Positions 1 through 12,208 of a stretch of 64,000 bases of DNA are shown here, in pieces (positions within the stretch are counted from its first letter, which is position 1; every line of letters begins with the position of its first letter). This stretch comes from Macrostomum lignano (taxonomy: Eukaryota). Below the pieces are notes generated by a model. The model was not told where the DNA came from. It was given only the letters and a program-made list of their open reading frames with translations, and searched no databases. The stretch is taken from assembly GCA_002269645.1 (NCBI GenBank), contig NIVC01000016.1:124001-188000 (forward strand), written 5' to 3'. A program made the position numbers and the translations under genes.

Positions 1-1337
1 GTTCCAGTGCCGACGGGACACCGGCGAGACCTGCGTGCCGGCCAAGAGACCCGGATTCCGGCTCGCCAGCTGGTTCAGCAGGCCGCTGACTGGCCCAGCC
101 TGGTTTGTTGAGGAGGCGCTCAACCAGGGGGATGTGAGTGACCTTAATGTTAACCTCAGCGTTGACATTAGCGCTGACCTTAACATTGACCTAAAATTGA
201 CCTTTGGCTTTGACCTTAACACTGATATTAGCGTTGACCTTAGGATTAAGTTTAGCATTGGTATTAGGTCTTCACATTGACCTTAGCTTTCACCTTAGCT
301 TTTGATATCTCAGTTTTTCTTGCACCGTAGTCTTTTGTTATAACGTTAAGCTTAACATTCGTATTACAAACTCATCCCGATATTAATGGCCTTCACCTAA
401 GAAAAAATTTCAGAAATATTAGCCTTGGATAATTGGCCTGACGTACATTTGCTTCTTTTGCCTCTATTTTGAAGCAATGCCATACGAGCCGCACCTGTAT
501 TTGCCGTATACGTGTATAACAGCCCTAATTATTTATCCTCATCCCCAGCTGCTGTACGAAGTCGAGGGCAGCCAGCTCAACCATCTGAAGCGGCTCAGCG
601 GCCGCGCCCGCCAACTAATTAACATCGGCTGCACCAACTTCAGCGTGGTATTCAGCGAGGCCAGCGGCGACTACAGCCGGGCAGTGCGACTGTTGGCCGA
701 CAACGACGAGGTCCTGATGTACCGGGACAGGAAGCACCGCTACCGAGTCATCAGCGACGGCTGCAAGGTGAGCCTTTAACCTCTGGACACCCACCTCACG
801 CCCTATCCCAACCCCCCATTCTTTCTTGCCAGGACCCCTAGACACTCACCTCCATTCTTTCTTTCCACTCCTAGCCCTAGCCCACCTCACGCCCTATCCC
901 AACCCCCATTCTTTCTTGCCACTCCTACCCCTAGACACCCACCTCACGCCCTATCCAACCAACCCCAATTCCTGCTTGCCACTCCTACCCCTAGATACCC
1001 ACCTCACGCCCTGGCCCAACCCCCATTCTTTCTTGCCACTCCTCACCCACCTCACGCCCTATCCAACCAACCCCAATTCCTGCTTGCCACTCCTACCCCC
1101 TAGACACCCATCTCACGCCCTATCATAACCCCCATTCTTTCTTGTCACGATTTTTGTAACTGTGACCACAATAATATTTCGCCAATACAGTCGAGCACCC
1201 CGAGAAAGTCATCGCTAACCCAGCTGGAGGTAGCGGGTCGACCGCACTTGCTGCCGCTGCGGGACATACAACTGCGAGAGGTCGGTCAGCCGGGCCAAGC
1301 CTTCGGCCTTGAGATTGGCCAGGCGTGCTTTGTTTGA
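1..1337 (+). CDS. Fibrillar collagen, C-terminal propeptide (COLFI) exons; 5'-truncated by the window edge
   Basis: Exons <2..133, 549..767 and 1191..1337 join in phase 0 via GT-AG introns. They give FQCRRDTGETCVPA...WFVEE / SQLNHLKRLSGRARQLINIGCTN...LLADNDEV...YRVISDGCK / ...LLPLRDIQ...GQAFGLEIGQACFV*, which matches the collagen C-propeptide pattern (FCxxxTGETC, QLxFLRLLS, DGC, LPIxD, FGxxxGPxCF). Confidence 0.9.
138..310. repeat. Degenerate ~12-bp tandem repeat (TGACCTTAGC-like) in a collagen intron
   Basis: Recurring TGACCTT/TGACATT motif starting immediately after the splice donor at 134. Confidence 0.65.
780..1140. repeat. ~57-60-bp minisatellite in a collagen intron
   Basis: About 6 imperfect copies of CTAGACACCCACCTCACGCCCTATCCAACC...CTTGCCACTCCTACCC. 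Confidence 0.85.
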
Positions 1338-2128
1338 ATGCTGGCGATCGAGCGACCCCAGTCTGACTTTTCATATAGTCGTTATAACTAAATTACTTAT
1401 TATTATATCATTACTTTAATTAGTAAATCCTTTAATCTGTACCGACATCGTGGAATCTTAACAGTTACATCAGTTCCTGTGACATCTAATTATATTTTTT
1501 TAGTATTATAAAACGTTTTCAAGGTGAACTTTGGTTTGTTGAAATCATAGAATTTACTTTTAGTTAAGACGAGACTCAAACTTAATAAAAACGCGGTGTA
1601 GCTACTTATAATAACAATATTGCGTTTTTCTCTTCACTTAGCTATTGCTTACATTGCGCTGCGGTCTCAAGCAAAATTCAATTTGTTGTGTTCGAGTCAC
1701 AGGTTATCAGTTGAAGCAAGCACAGACTCCAAAGCCTAATGAACAGCAAGCAATGAAACTCAATCGTAGCAGCCCGTTGCTTAGCGCCTTAGCGGGTGGT
1801 ACTGGTATAAAATGGCGAGTGATACAGACAGGAACGCCTCTCACGGGTCACGGCCTCTCAGTCAAAGCGTCAAAGTCTTCTTCGAACTACGGTCGGTGTT
1901 AGTGTTAGGCCATAGACATCCTAAAAGCGCAGACATCATCCCCAAGCCATGGATGAATAGAGACCTAGCCTGATCGGATTGATAACTCAATATATACTCG
2001 TACAACATACTCGTACAAGTATAACTTATTAAAAGTGAAATATTATTAAAAACACGACACGGACGAAACACGATCGCTTTGTCAACATATTTTGTTTATA
2101 TTTCTTCATCTTACAATACTGTGATAAG

Positions 2129-2200
2129 TCCCTGATGGTCTAGCGGTTAGGATTCCTGGCTCTCACCCAGGCGGCCCGGGTTCGACTCCCGGTCAGGGAA
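2129..2200 (+). tRNA. trnE-CTC: tRNA-Glu (anticodon CTC)
   Basis: 72 nt, TCCCTGATGGTCTAGCGGTTAGGATT...GGTTCGACTCCCGGTCAGGGAA. Acceptor stem TCCCTGA/TCAGGGA; anticodon stem CCTGG/CCAGG around CT-CTC-AC; A and B boxes intact; T5 terminator at 2206-2210. Confidence 0.97.
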
Positions 2201-3447
2201 TATAATTTTTGCACTAGCGTCAGTCTTTACCAACCTCATTTTTTTCTACGACTACAATCAAACTTCTAAAGCAATATACGAATATACGATTATATTTTCG
2301 AAAGCAATTTTTGACTGCTAGAAAAGAACAAAAATAGTTTCAACGTAAACAACTATCCGTACTTGAAATTTTTATTACCTTGAAAATTTCCAGACTGTAA
2401 TAACCAACCAAACGTTTGAATTTTATAACTAATCGACTTCTGAATTGTTTTGAGTTTTTCAAATTAAATAACTATATAAAAACAGCCCTCACAATCGTAT
2501 AAAAATAATTTCCATTGAGCTTTTTATGTGTTCAATAACGCCTGCGACTGCAGAGGCGCAGAGAATTTATCAATCCCGATATGTATCGAAGAATAGATTT
2601 CAGATAGGCTTTTTGGCCTACTTAAACCAGCAGTTAAACAATAGATAGTTGGCATTGTATAGTGCTTTGGTACAGCAGTACTAACCTACTGGTAGTAGTA
2701 GGTATAAATCTTGAGGGCAGCCAGTACTCTTTTTAAAACTTGTTAGAAGTTGCTAATAACAGAAGAAATTCAATAACGCAATTGAATCTCACGTATGTAG
2801 CTTTTTGCTTGGCTGAACGTGAAGCCCAAAGCTTCGTTTTATAAATGTATTTATCGAACTAAAAAATAAGGCACTTTTTACTGCGAATTTGTGGGGCACC
2901 AAGCAAAATATCATTAAAAAGGGACCAGGGTTTTGATAAATTAGGACCTTTACGAAATAAGTTAGCGAGTACGAGTAGTGTGTATAGCTTCTTGGTACTA
3001 ATTTTTACTATTTCATTAAAAAAATAATAACTTCAGTCAGTCATGTCAGTCTTTCTAACTTAAATCTCTATTACATTGACTTCAATGGCTCAATAAAATT
3101 AATTTGTGTCAGCAGTGGTTCAATCATGTAGCACTACATTTGGAAAAGACCGACTTAAAGATGCACGTGCAAAACAAGGTACAGAAAAAATGACTAAAGC
3201 TGTAAATTTTCTCTTTGGACCGACGGGACTGGGCTCTATGTTTGGCCAACAATTCATTTTGGCCACGGATCGCATTTCATAAGTAGTATGGGTAGCATAT
3301 TATTGACAAATGATACCCAAAAGATGCAACATCAAATAGAATAAAAAGGACCTCGGTATAGACTAAAAGAGAGAGAGAGAGAGTAAAATTATAGAATTAA
3401 GCAATTCGTTAAGTTTTAGCTTAGCTCGTTAATTGAAGCGCGCCAAT

Positions 3448-4650
3448 TCAAAGTAGTGAGCAGCAGCACTGCTGCGGATAGTCCGGGAAGTACACTTTCC
3501 TGTCTAGGCCGTACACGAAGAACTTTCCGCCGTGACCGTCGAACTTCCAGCTGACCTCAGTGACTGGCGTCACCAGCACCTTGTGCCGCATAGCCAAGAT
3601 TCTGCCGTCCTTCTTGTACTTGGCGATCATGGCCGGCAGCAGCTCCTTGGAGAACTTCTGGATGTGCTCTTCCGGAAAGTCGGATAGAGGCACCAGTACC
3701 GCATTCTCATCGCAGTACACCTCCTGGCCCTTGACTTCGGACACCAGGTGATCAGGCAGGGCCGTCTCCTCGTGGATCTTGTCCTCGCTGTGCGTCTCCC
3801 ACTTGGTATGGTTCTGAACATACCACTTGAGCTTCTTGTGCCCGTCGCAGGTCTTGCACTTGTAATTGCCGTGGCCGTGGCACCGGCCGCAGGCGCGCTG
3901 GCCACTGCCGCTGCAGATGCCGCAAGGCTGAGGACCTTCGGGACCCTCCTGCTCGCCGCTGCCGCTGCAGTGGTCGCAGGCGAAGAACTCCTTGCCTTTG
4001 CACTCGCGACAGCGCACCTTGCCTTTGCCTTTGCAGTACCAGCACTTGCGCACAGAGCAGGTGTGGGGCACCTCCTTCTTCAACTTGTCCTCTTTCCATT
4101 GATTGGACGGCTTCATCTCCAGCTCCCAGGGCATCGGCGCGCTGCCAGCCTTCGGCGGATCAATGCTATCGCCCTTCTTGTAGCCGGTGGACTTCCACTT
4201 CACCTTGCGCTCCTCGACGAACATCTCGCAGCGGTAGACGATGGCGCTGTTAAGCTTCAGGTCGGACAGCTCCATGGACTCGGCGGCCCCAGTGCGCCAG
4301 CAGCTCTGCGACTGGACGTACTTCAGCAGGGCGTCGCGCACCGACTTGCCGTCCAGCCGGCCGACGTCCTTGGGAATGTCCTTGGGCAACGGCTTGTACT
4401 CGGTGTCGGTCGGCTCGTCAGGCGGCGGCAGGAAGCGGGTCTTCTTCCGATCGTCGCCCTTCTTCCGGTAGGTCGGCTGCCCGATGATGCTCTCGTAGGC
4501 GTCGACCTTGTCGGGCCGGTACTTGTGGTCCTTGCCCTTCGAGGCCTTCTTCGCCATCTTCTTCTCCTCATCGGAGCTGGACGAGGCCAGAGAAGTCTCC
4601 GAGGACGAGTAGTCGGTGTCGATTTCGATGTCGCCAAACTTGAAGCCCAT
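3448..4650 (-). CDS. SSUH2: SSUH2 (ssu-2 homolog) family protein with DnaJ-type CxxCxGxG zinc-finger repeats; intronless, 400 aa
   Basis: Repeated CxxCxGxG motifs (CWYCKGKG, CRECKGK, CDHCSGSG, CGICSGSG, CGRCHGHG, CKTCDG), C-terminal FFVYGLDRKVYFPDYPQQCCCSLL typical of SSUH2, and strong GC3 bias. Confidence 0.88.
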   Translation of the reverse strand: MGFKFGDIEIDTDYSSSETSLASSSSDEEKKMAKKASKGKDHKYRPDKVDAYESIIGQPTYRKKGDDRKKTRFLPPPDEPTDTEYKPLPKDIPKDVGRLDGKSVRDALLKYVQSQSCWRTGAAESMELSDLKLNSAIVYRCEMFVEERKVKWKSTGYKKGDSIDPPKAGSAPMPWELEMKPSNQWKEDKLKKEVPHTCSVRKCWYCKGKGKVRCRECKGKEFFACDHCSGSGEQEGPEGPQPCGICSGSGQRACGRCHGHGNYKCKTCDGHKKLKWYVQNHTKWETHSEDKIHEETALPDHLVSEVKGQEVYCDENAVLVPLSDFPEEHIQKFSKELLPAMIAKYKKDGRILAMRHKVLVTPVTEVSWKFDGHGGKFFVYGLDRKVYFPDYPQQCCCSLL

Positions 4651-6068
4651 GGTTGGTTATCGGGTGTATCTGAATTCTGCTATCTGATTTTCTGCGCTCC
4701 CAGATTCCTGTTTTCCGGTGCAGGGACCCTCGCTGTCAGCTTTCCGCTGCTTTTAGCTTCGATTTCTGCCCCCTCCATCTCCCCCCATGCCGTAGAGGGA
4801 AGCGGCATGGAAACGCGTGGCCTCTGCCTAGCAACCAGTTTTGCCCGCTGCCCCCGCAAGAGCAGGGAGGGAAAGAAACAGAAGCTGTGGGCAAGAGGGG
4901 GTAGAAATTTGAGCAGCCCAACACTCAGTATCAGCGGGTGCCCACCCCAAATCTGCCTAGCAACCGGGCAGGGAGGGGGGGTTGTCGGCGACCGGCGTCC
5001 CCGACAGTGGGGAAAACAATTGAGAAAGCGCTTAGGCTTCCCCACAGCGCCAGTTATCCACAGCTGGGGACAGCGCAGCTTGTGTTCTCATGCGCACTCC
5101 TTCATGGGTGCTGTTAATTTTCTTTTCAAAAACTTCTCTCCCTCACTCTCTTTGGTTCCTCTCTCCTTAGCTAGTATTCCCACTGCGTTGCCATAGAGAC
5201 GAAGCAAAACTCCCTGCGCCCAGCAAACACTGCAGCTTGGCTTAGAACTCCCGAACTGCAAACACCGGCTGCTTAAACTCAGGTAGAAAACGGTCCCCAT
5301 TAAATCCACAAGCAGTCTTTGAGACTGAAGAGGTACCTGGGCCTCTCTCTCAGCTATTCTGCATTTTCTTCAACACGATTGGCTTTCCTCTACATTTCCT
5401 GCAATTAGAATTACCTCTAGAAGAAAATGCCTGCGGGCCAACAGACTTTAAGTTTACCGTTGTCTTGGTAACCAGAATGTCTGATTGCGTGTATAAAAAA
5501 TCTAAAAATTCAGGAATACAGGATGAAAGCCTACTAGTTGCTAAGTTAAGCATATAATATGCTTCATTTGCCCTTCTGGCGACCCAGCTTTAGTAAAGAG
5601 AAACAAATATCTGCTGCTAAATGCATCACTCCTCAAAAAGACAGATCAATCCGTCTCCGCTACTGCAAGTAGCTTAGAAATAATCAACAGATTTTATTCC
5701 GCAATTCCGGTTTGCAACATGGCAAGCAAGCAAGTGAGACCAGCGAACTACAAATAAAACATGTAGAGTAGTTTTGAGCACCGATAGGAAACTAGATGCT
5801 CTGCACTCACCCCTGGTCAGGTCTGACCAGCAGTCTGAGCACTACTCAGTATTTATTATAGGACCTTTACAACTTGGTTTAGCATACTTCTGTACTTAAG
5901 CAAACAGTAATTGCATGAGACACCTGATACGCTACGGCAGGTGACTTCTATAATTATAAGACGAAGAAAAAGAAACGATGGGCGTGTCATGGAGTGCCGC
6001 CAAAAAGGCTTTTCAAGGTGTTCCATAGCCCAGCCCTTGCTCTGTAAACAAGAGAAGTTCAGTGAAAT

Positions 6069-9000
6069 ATGGACCTCGAGAATTCCAGTTTCGCAACTTC
6101 AAGCACGTCAAACGTGCTGGACTCCACCACGACCACCCCAGACTTGAAGTCCATCACCTGGGACGATGCAACCTGGATTCTGACGTCAACATTTGTTATC
6201 TTCACTATGCAGTCGGGTGAGACACTGATTTGGATTCGTGTGACTCCCAGGGCAGGGTCACACAAGAACTAATGGACGTTGCGGTTGTTTCAGGACATAG
6301 AATATTATATTTCTGAACGAAAAGTTTATGGATATCAATAGAGCTATAAGAAAGACACAACTTATCAAAAGATGAACACTGGGTCTGCCTCCTATCGAAA
6401 GCAATAACAATTTTTGTGGTGAAAAAATGAAAACTTCCTATCTCCTTAGTGTATTTTTGGGGGGAAAGTGGCCTTCAAAACATTTTCCATAGATTTCGAG
6501 TGTTGCGTTCTTCTAATTTAGTAGTACTTATGTCAAACACCTGATGGACGATTTTTTACCTTCTACTGTTAAAGTGATCACACGAAGCCTTCGAATAAAC
6601 TGCTCACAGAGCGCGATGGTTACGTCCTGATCCAAAGGCAACGATCTGTGGGTCACACATTGACACGAAAGTTGCTCTTAAAGTTGAAAGAGCCAACAAA
6701 TGAGACTTGTCTTTAAAACTACATTAAAATGCTTCTATTTAAGCTACTACTGAACAGAAAGTAGCTTACACGCAAATGTGCTGTAAATGCATTTGCATAT
6801 AAATGCAAATAGGTATGAAGTGAATTATCAACTACATTGGCGATTCTCATAAATCAAAAGCCAAATAAAATAGCCTAGAACAAGGACTACTGAAACTAGA
6901 AGGACGGGAACTACATTTCTAGGAAAATTACGTTACATACCGGAGATTCTCATTTTTCAGCCCAAAAATTGGTATTGCTTTTTATAGGAGGCAGACACAA
7001 TGGTTATCTTCTGGTATGTCTGGCCTTTCTTATCGCTCTGTTGGCATTCATAAAGCTTTTACCGTCTTTCTATTTATTATACTTGAGTAGTTCTTGGCCT
7101 AGAATGATGAGCCAAATTAACAATGATCTGCTGCTGTTGCAGGCTTCGGCCTGCTCGAATCCGGCAGCGTGAACCCTCGCAACGAGGTCAACATCATGGT
7201 GAAAAACGTTGTAGACGTCGTATTCGGCGGCCTGACCTACTGGATGTTCGGCTACGCGCTCTCGTTCGGCCCCGACCCGGGCAACAACCCGTTCGTGGGC
7301 TGGGGCGAGTTCTTTGTTGACGCCGGGCCCGAAACTATGGGCCAGAAGTTTACCACGTTCATCTTTCAGATGAGCTTTGCCACCACAGCTACCACTATAG
7401 TGTCCGGGGCTATGGCTGAACGGACGAAACTGACGTCCTACATTGTGTTCTCGCTGTTTAACACTGTGATCTATTGCATCCCGGCGCATTGGTTCTGGGG
7501 CGCGAAGGTGAGGAAAAAAGTTAGGGGACTTGCTTTGCAGCTAGTGATAGCAAGGGTTAATGCTAGCTGATCAGATCTGATAGCAATGGTTAATGCTAGC
7601 TGTGATCAGATCTGATAGCTATGGTTAATGCTAGCTGTGATCAGATCTGATAGCAAGGGTTAATGCTAGCTGTGATCAGATCTGATAGCAATGGTTAATG
7701 CTAGCTGTGATCAGATCTGATAGCTATGGTTAATGCTAGCTGTGATCAGATCTGATAGCTATGGTTAATGCTAGCTGTGATCAGATCTGATAGCAATGGT
7801 TAATGTTAGCTGTGATCAGATCTGATAGCTATGGTTAATGCTAGCTGTGATCAGATCTGATAGCAATGGATAATGCTAGCTGTGATCAGATCTGATAGCT
7901 ATAAGCTAGCTGTGATCAGATCTGATAGCTATGGTTAATGCTAGCTGTGATCAGATCTGATAGCAATGGTTAATGCTAGCTGTGATCAGATCTGATAGCT
8001 ATAAGCTAGCTGTGATCAGATCTGATAGCAATGGTTAATGCTAGCTGTGATCAGATCTGATAGCTATAAGCTAGCTGTGATCAGATCTGATAGCTATGGT
8101 TAATGCTAGCTGTGATCAGATCTGATAGCAATGGTTAATGCTAGCTGTGATCAGGTCTGATAGCAAGGGTTAATGCTAGCTGTGATCAGATCTGATAGCA
8201 ATGGTTAATGCTAGCTGTGATCAGATCTGATAGCAATAGTTAATGCTAGCTGTGATCAGGTCTGATAGCAAGGGTTAATGCTAGCTGTGATCAGATCTGA
8301 TAGCAATGGTTAATGCTAGCTGTGATCAGATCTGATAGCAAGGGTTAATGCTAGCTGTGATCAGATCTGATCGTAAGATCTCAATTATCGTTTTAAATTT
8401 ATTATTCAAACGCAACTTCAATATTTTAATGAATACATGTAGGGCTTCCTCAACGATCTTGGAGTTGTGGACATCGCCGGAGTTGGTCCTGTTCACCTTC
8501 TGGGCGGCACCACAGGTCTGGTGGCCACATTGCTGCTCAAACCAAGAACCGGGCGGTTCTGCGAGGGCCAGTCGGCACCTCCGATGGGATGTCCGACAAA
8601 CGTTATGCTGGGAATGTTCATGCTGTGGTGAGCATCGAATGCTTTGTAGTCACTTGGATTTGAAGGTTTAGTCTAAGACCGGGATCGGCAAACTCCGAAG
8701 CCTGTCTATCCGGCCCTCGGGTCATAATTGAAACTTCACAATAACAATGCGGCCCACTCAACGGTGATCATGAATTGTTTCAGCTCTCTCTCTCTCTCTT
8801 CTCTCTACTCCCCCCCTCTCTCTCCTGTTATCTTCTATCTTTTCTCTCATCCCATCTCGCCTCTCCTCTCTTCTCTCATCTCTTTTCTATTCCCTCTCTT
8901 TTTCACTCTCATTTGACCCGCAGCCACGAACTGGATTATTTATCTGGCCCTCGAGGTAAAAACATTTGCCGACCCCTGGGACTCTAAGAGTGCTCATGCT

Positions 9001-12000
9001 GTGCGGAGTGCTTCAAATACGAATGCCCGATGCATGATAAGAAAATCTTCAATAATATCGTAATATGAATAATAGCAATCTTTAGGTCTCGGGAGAAGTT
9101 TCTGATCTGTGGTGGAAGATATTTACAATGTATATTGTGAAGTAATTTATAACTGACAAGTGTGCTGGACCGACCTTATTAACGTGGACTGACTTATACT
9201 GCACCTTCACCACCTAAACCGAATGATCCTGAACCTGCCTAGGTGGGGCTGGCTAGGCTTCAATTGCGGCAGCACCTTCGGCATTCGCGGTGGCAAGTGG
9301 AAGCTGGCGGCCAGGTCGGCCGTGTCCACCATCATGTCTTCCATGGGCGGCGGTCTCTCCAGCCTCAGTCTGACGTGAGCTTTGCAATTTCTAGATAACT
9401 ACACCAACAATCCGTGAAAGTTTCCAGCAATGTCTCCCACTTAAACTCCTAGATTTATCCTGTGTAAGGGAAAATTCGACATTGCGGACATTGTGAATGG
9501 TATTTTAGGCGCCCTGGTGTCCATAACGGGTAAGCACGCATCTCTACAACTGACTTCTGATTACACGTTTACCAACAGCAAAAAGTAGGATCGAGCGTAA
9601 CAGACCAAACCTACCTGGCCATGCAGGTATGTGCGCCATTGCTCACCCATGGGAGGCGATAGTGATTGGCCTGTTGGCCGGACTGTACACAACTGGCACA
9701 ACGCGATTGGTAGAACGACTACGAATAGACGATCCAGTGGGTGTAATACCTGTGCACCTAGTCTGCGGCCTCTGGGGACTCACGGCTACCGGCCTTTTTG
9801 TTGAGCAGGTTTGGAATCTTAAATACACGTAGGGTACGGTTGACAATAAGTTGCATATTAACAGTAGGAAAATAATGGTATCGCTTCCGCCTCGATCTGA
9901 TTATCAATATCAAGACGTTCCAGACATTTTGACCCGCACATCTACATAAAGTTTCTGGATTTAAGACAAGACAGTCAATCTACGACCTATTCAAGGATTG
10001 CTTAGGAAAGTTCCATTGTTCAAGAAAATCAAATTTTACACTTTCAGTCTGAGGGTGAAACAGCGCCCCATGGAATTTCTGGGAGATACCAAAATGTCAA
10101 GATTGTGTCTGCATGGGGCTCCCAGTGTGGATTTTTGGACCCCCGGGACGGTACTTTCTAACTGACGAAAACATGTTGCACGCTGTGGATATAGTTTCTA
10201 AAAATAAGGAGTAAAATATTTCCTTCAAGTTTATATGCCCGAGTAGTTCCAGTCAGCGCAAGAATGTTTAAAAGGAAATTCATTGCATGGTAGTTCAACT
10301 GCTAATCATAGACCTAGCAAGCATTAGTCATCAACTAAAAAATGCTGCACACTCAGGACACTCTGGAGAACCTAACCAAAGGCAGATGCGGCCTGTTCCG
10401 CGGCTGCGGCCTCGGCCTGCTGGGAGTTCAACTGCTGGCAGCTCTGTGCATCACCGCCTGGGCTGTTGTGGTCACCCTCGCTCAATTACTGGTATGCGTA
10501 AATATGAACTTGTCAGACAGTTAGATAGTCACATGTATCTCGCAGAGTTTCAGGCAAATCCCACGGGGTGAACAGCGGTCATGGCTTTCTCATCGTCAAT
10601 CATGTGCAAACTGCCTTGGGGTTGGTCTTCCACGACATGGCACAACCAGCCCTAGGCCAAATCAATGAATAAAAACAGTACTCAGAGTCAGACGCATTAT
10701 CCCTGACCTTCTCAGAGAGACTGTACAGTCCAGAAGATTTTTAATGAGGGCAGCACTGTTAATTTTAATAAACAATTGCTGTCATGATTTTCACAATTAA
10801 GACCGCTTCAATAAGCTGGGTTTCTTGTGCCATAGCGCGCGTCATGACACATCAACTTTAATGTATTCCACATCCTGAATTTGGACCTTTGGATGACGAA
10901 TTGGCACCTTTGTTTTTCTCAAGCTGGATTCCACTATTTGATTTCTGTCGTAGTTACTGCAGTTTATTTTTCACTTGAAGCATCAATAATTTTTATTAAA
11001 ACTATGAAAAATTTCTATCAATTGTTAAATTTGAGTCATTTGTAAACATGGAGTCAAGGACTACTCAAGTATAGGACGGGGAACTTCAGTTTCTTAGAAA
11101 GTGTTGAGGCAGGTTTTCGCCAAAAAATACACTAAACGGAGATAGGAAGTTTTCAATTTTCAGCACAAAAATTATTGCTTTCGGTAGGAGGCAGACCCAT
11201 TGTTCATATTTTGATATGTTGTGCTATTCTTATAGCTCTATTGATATTTATGAAGCTTTTCGTTCAGAAAATTAGGATTCTATGTTTACTTTTTATTCTA
11301 CGTACAATTGCACATGTCCAGTGCCTGAAAAACATTAAAATGGCACGACTCGGCTCATTTGTTTTTATGAATCTACGATCGAGTATTTCATCAGTCTGAG
11401 CTGACTGTGTAACAATAGGTGTAACAGAGATGATAAAATAAAACCAATGAGTCGAGCTGAGCCATGCATTTTTATGATTTTAGGTACAGAAAATGTACGT
11501 AGAATAAAGAATATATAAAAATATATATATATACTTTTTTCCCAGAAACGTACTTTTCCGTCCTTCTACTTGAGTAGGTAGTTGCATAGTGTCTGCAGAC
11601 TTGTGCTCAGCAGTAAAAAGTGGTAGGGTAGAGACGGTATTTGATACCATCCTGAATTTGGATCCAGGATGCGAAATGGAACTGTGATTCTGACGACAAA
11701 ATAACCCAGTTCCTTGCTTTACTAAAAGCAAGATTTTAGTAAGATTTCAGCGCAGCTCGAACCGCGCACTCTAACAGTGTACACTCTTCATCCCCAGTTA
11801 ATCCAGCGGCTGATAGGTCTGCGAGTGTCAACCGAGGAAGAACTGCTGGGTGCCGACTACTGCGAGCACAAAATCATGAATCGAGCGCATTCAGGCGCGC
11901 CTGTACAAGTGACCAAGCAGCCAGGACAGTCGCCGCCACAGGAGCAGCCAGCAGATCTGGGCACACCACTGCCGCCATCGAAACCGCCTCCTGAGGATGC

Positions 12001-12085
12001 CGGTCAAGTAAACGGTGGTGTCAGAGGCGGAGGAGCAAGCCGGGTTCGAGTCCGAATGGCCAGGCCTTTGGAAACTACTTGCTAA
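6069..12085 (+). CDS. amt: Ammonium transporter (Amt family), 8 exons, 503 aa
   Basis: Exons 6069-6216, 7143-7507, 8443-8627, 9243-9374, 9453-9529, 9627-9808, 10357-10491 and 11798-12085 sum to 1512 nt in frame with GT-AG boundaries. Motifs: FTMQSGFGLLESG, FQMSFATTATTIVSGAMAER, DIAGVGPVH, WLGFNCGS, IDDPVGVIPVH. The twin-His and Phe-gate residues are present. Confidence 0.96.
6310..7075. mobile_element. Old foldback/MITE-like element (inverted ~200-bp arms at 6310-6530 and 6878-7075) in Amt intron 1
   Basis: The arms are diverged reverse complements (GGGTCTGCCTCCTA...AAGCAATA versus TATTGCTTT...TAGGAGGCAGAC). No TSD was resolved. Confidence 0.55.
7553..8370. repeat. 35-bp minisatellite (~23 copies) in Amt intron 2
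   Basis: Unit GCTAGCTGTGATCAGATCTGATAGCAATGGTTAAT, with shorter variants. Confidence 0.97.
8679..8978. mobile_element. hAT-type MITE (300 bp) with a central CT-rich tract, in Amt intron 3
   Basis: TIRs CCGGGATCGGCAAA and TTTGCCGACCCCTG (CAGGGGTCGGCAAA consensus type); subterminal GGCCCTCG on both arms. The TSD is only approximate (GTCTAAGA left; CTCTAAGA right, offset). Confidence 0.75.
11052..11275. repeat. Third copy of the Amt intron-1 repeat arm, in Amt intron 7
   Basis: Direct similarity to 6878-7075 and reverse-complement similarity to 6310-6530 (e.g. CTTTTCGTTCAGAA / TTCTGAACGAAAAG). Confidence 0.75.
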
Positions 12086-12208
12086 GATTATGCCTTCACG
12101 AGTACAGTGTTTACTTACCCCCTGGTTGGGCAACTTATGCAGAATGCTTCACTTCAGACTTAACATTAATATATGACGCGTTTCTTCAATTCAACGAGGC
12201 ATAGAGTA

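Noticed and set aside
1380-3440. Search for snRNA, 5S or spliced-leader RNA genes near the tRNA
   Set aside because: No recognisable sequence; an Infernal/Rfam scan would be needed to exclude divergent ncRNAs.
3748-5196. 482-aa plus-strand ORF and other overlapping ORFs
   Set aside because: Antisense shadow of the GC3-rich SSUH2 CDS; no independent features.
5813-5830. Perfect 8-bp-arm palindrome CTGGTCAG-GT-CTGACCAG upstream of Amt
   Set aside because: A single short palindrome is expected by chance in 64 kb and has no other support.
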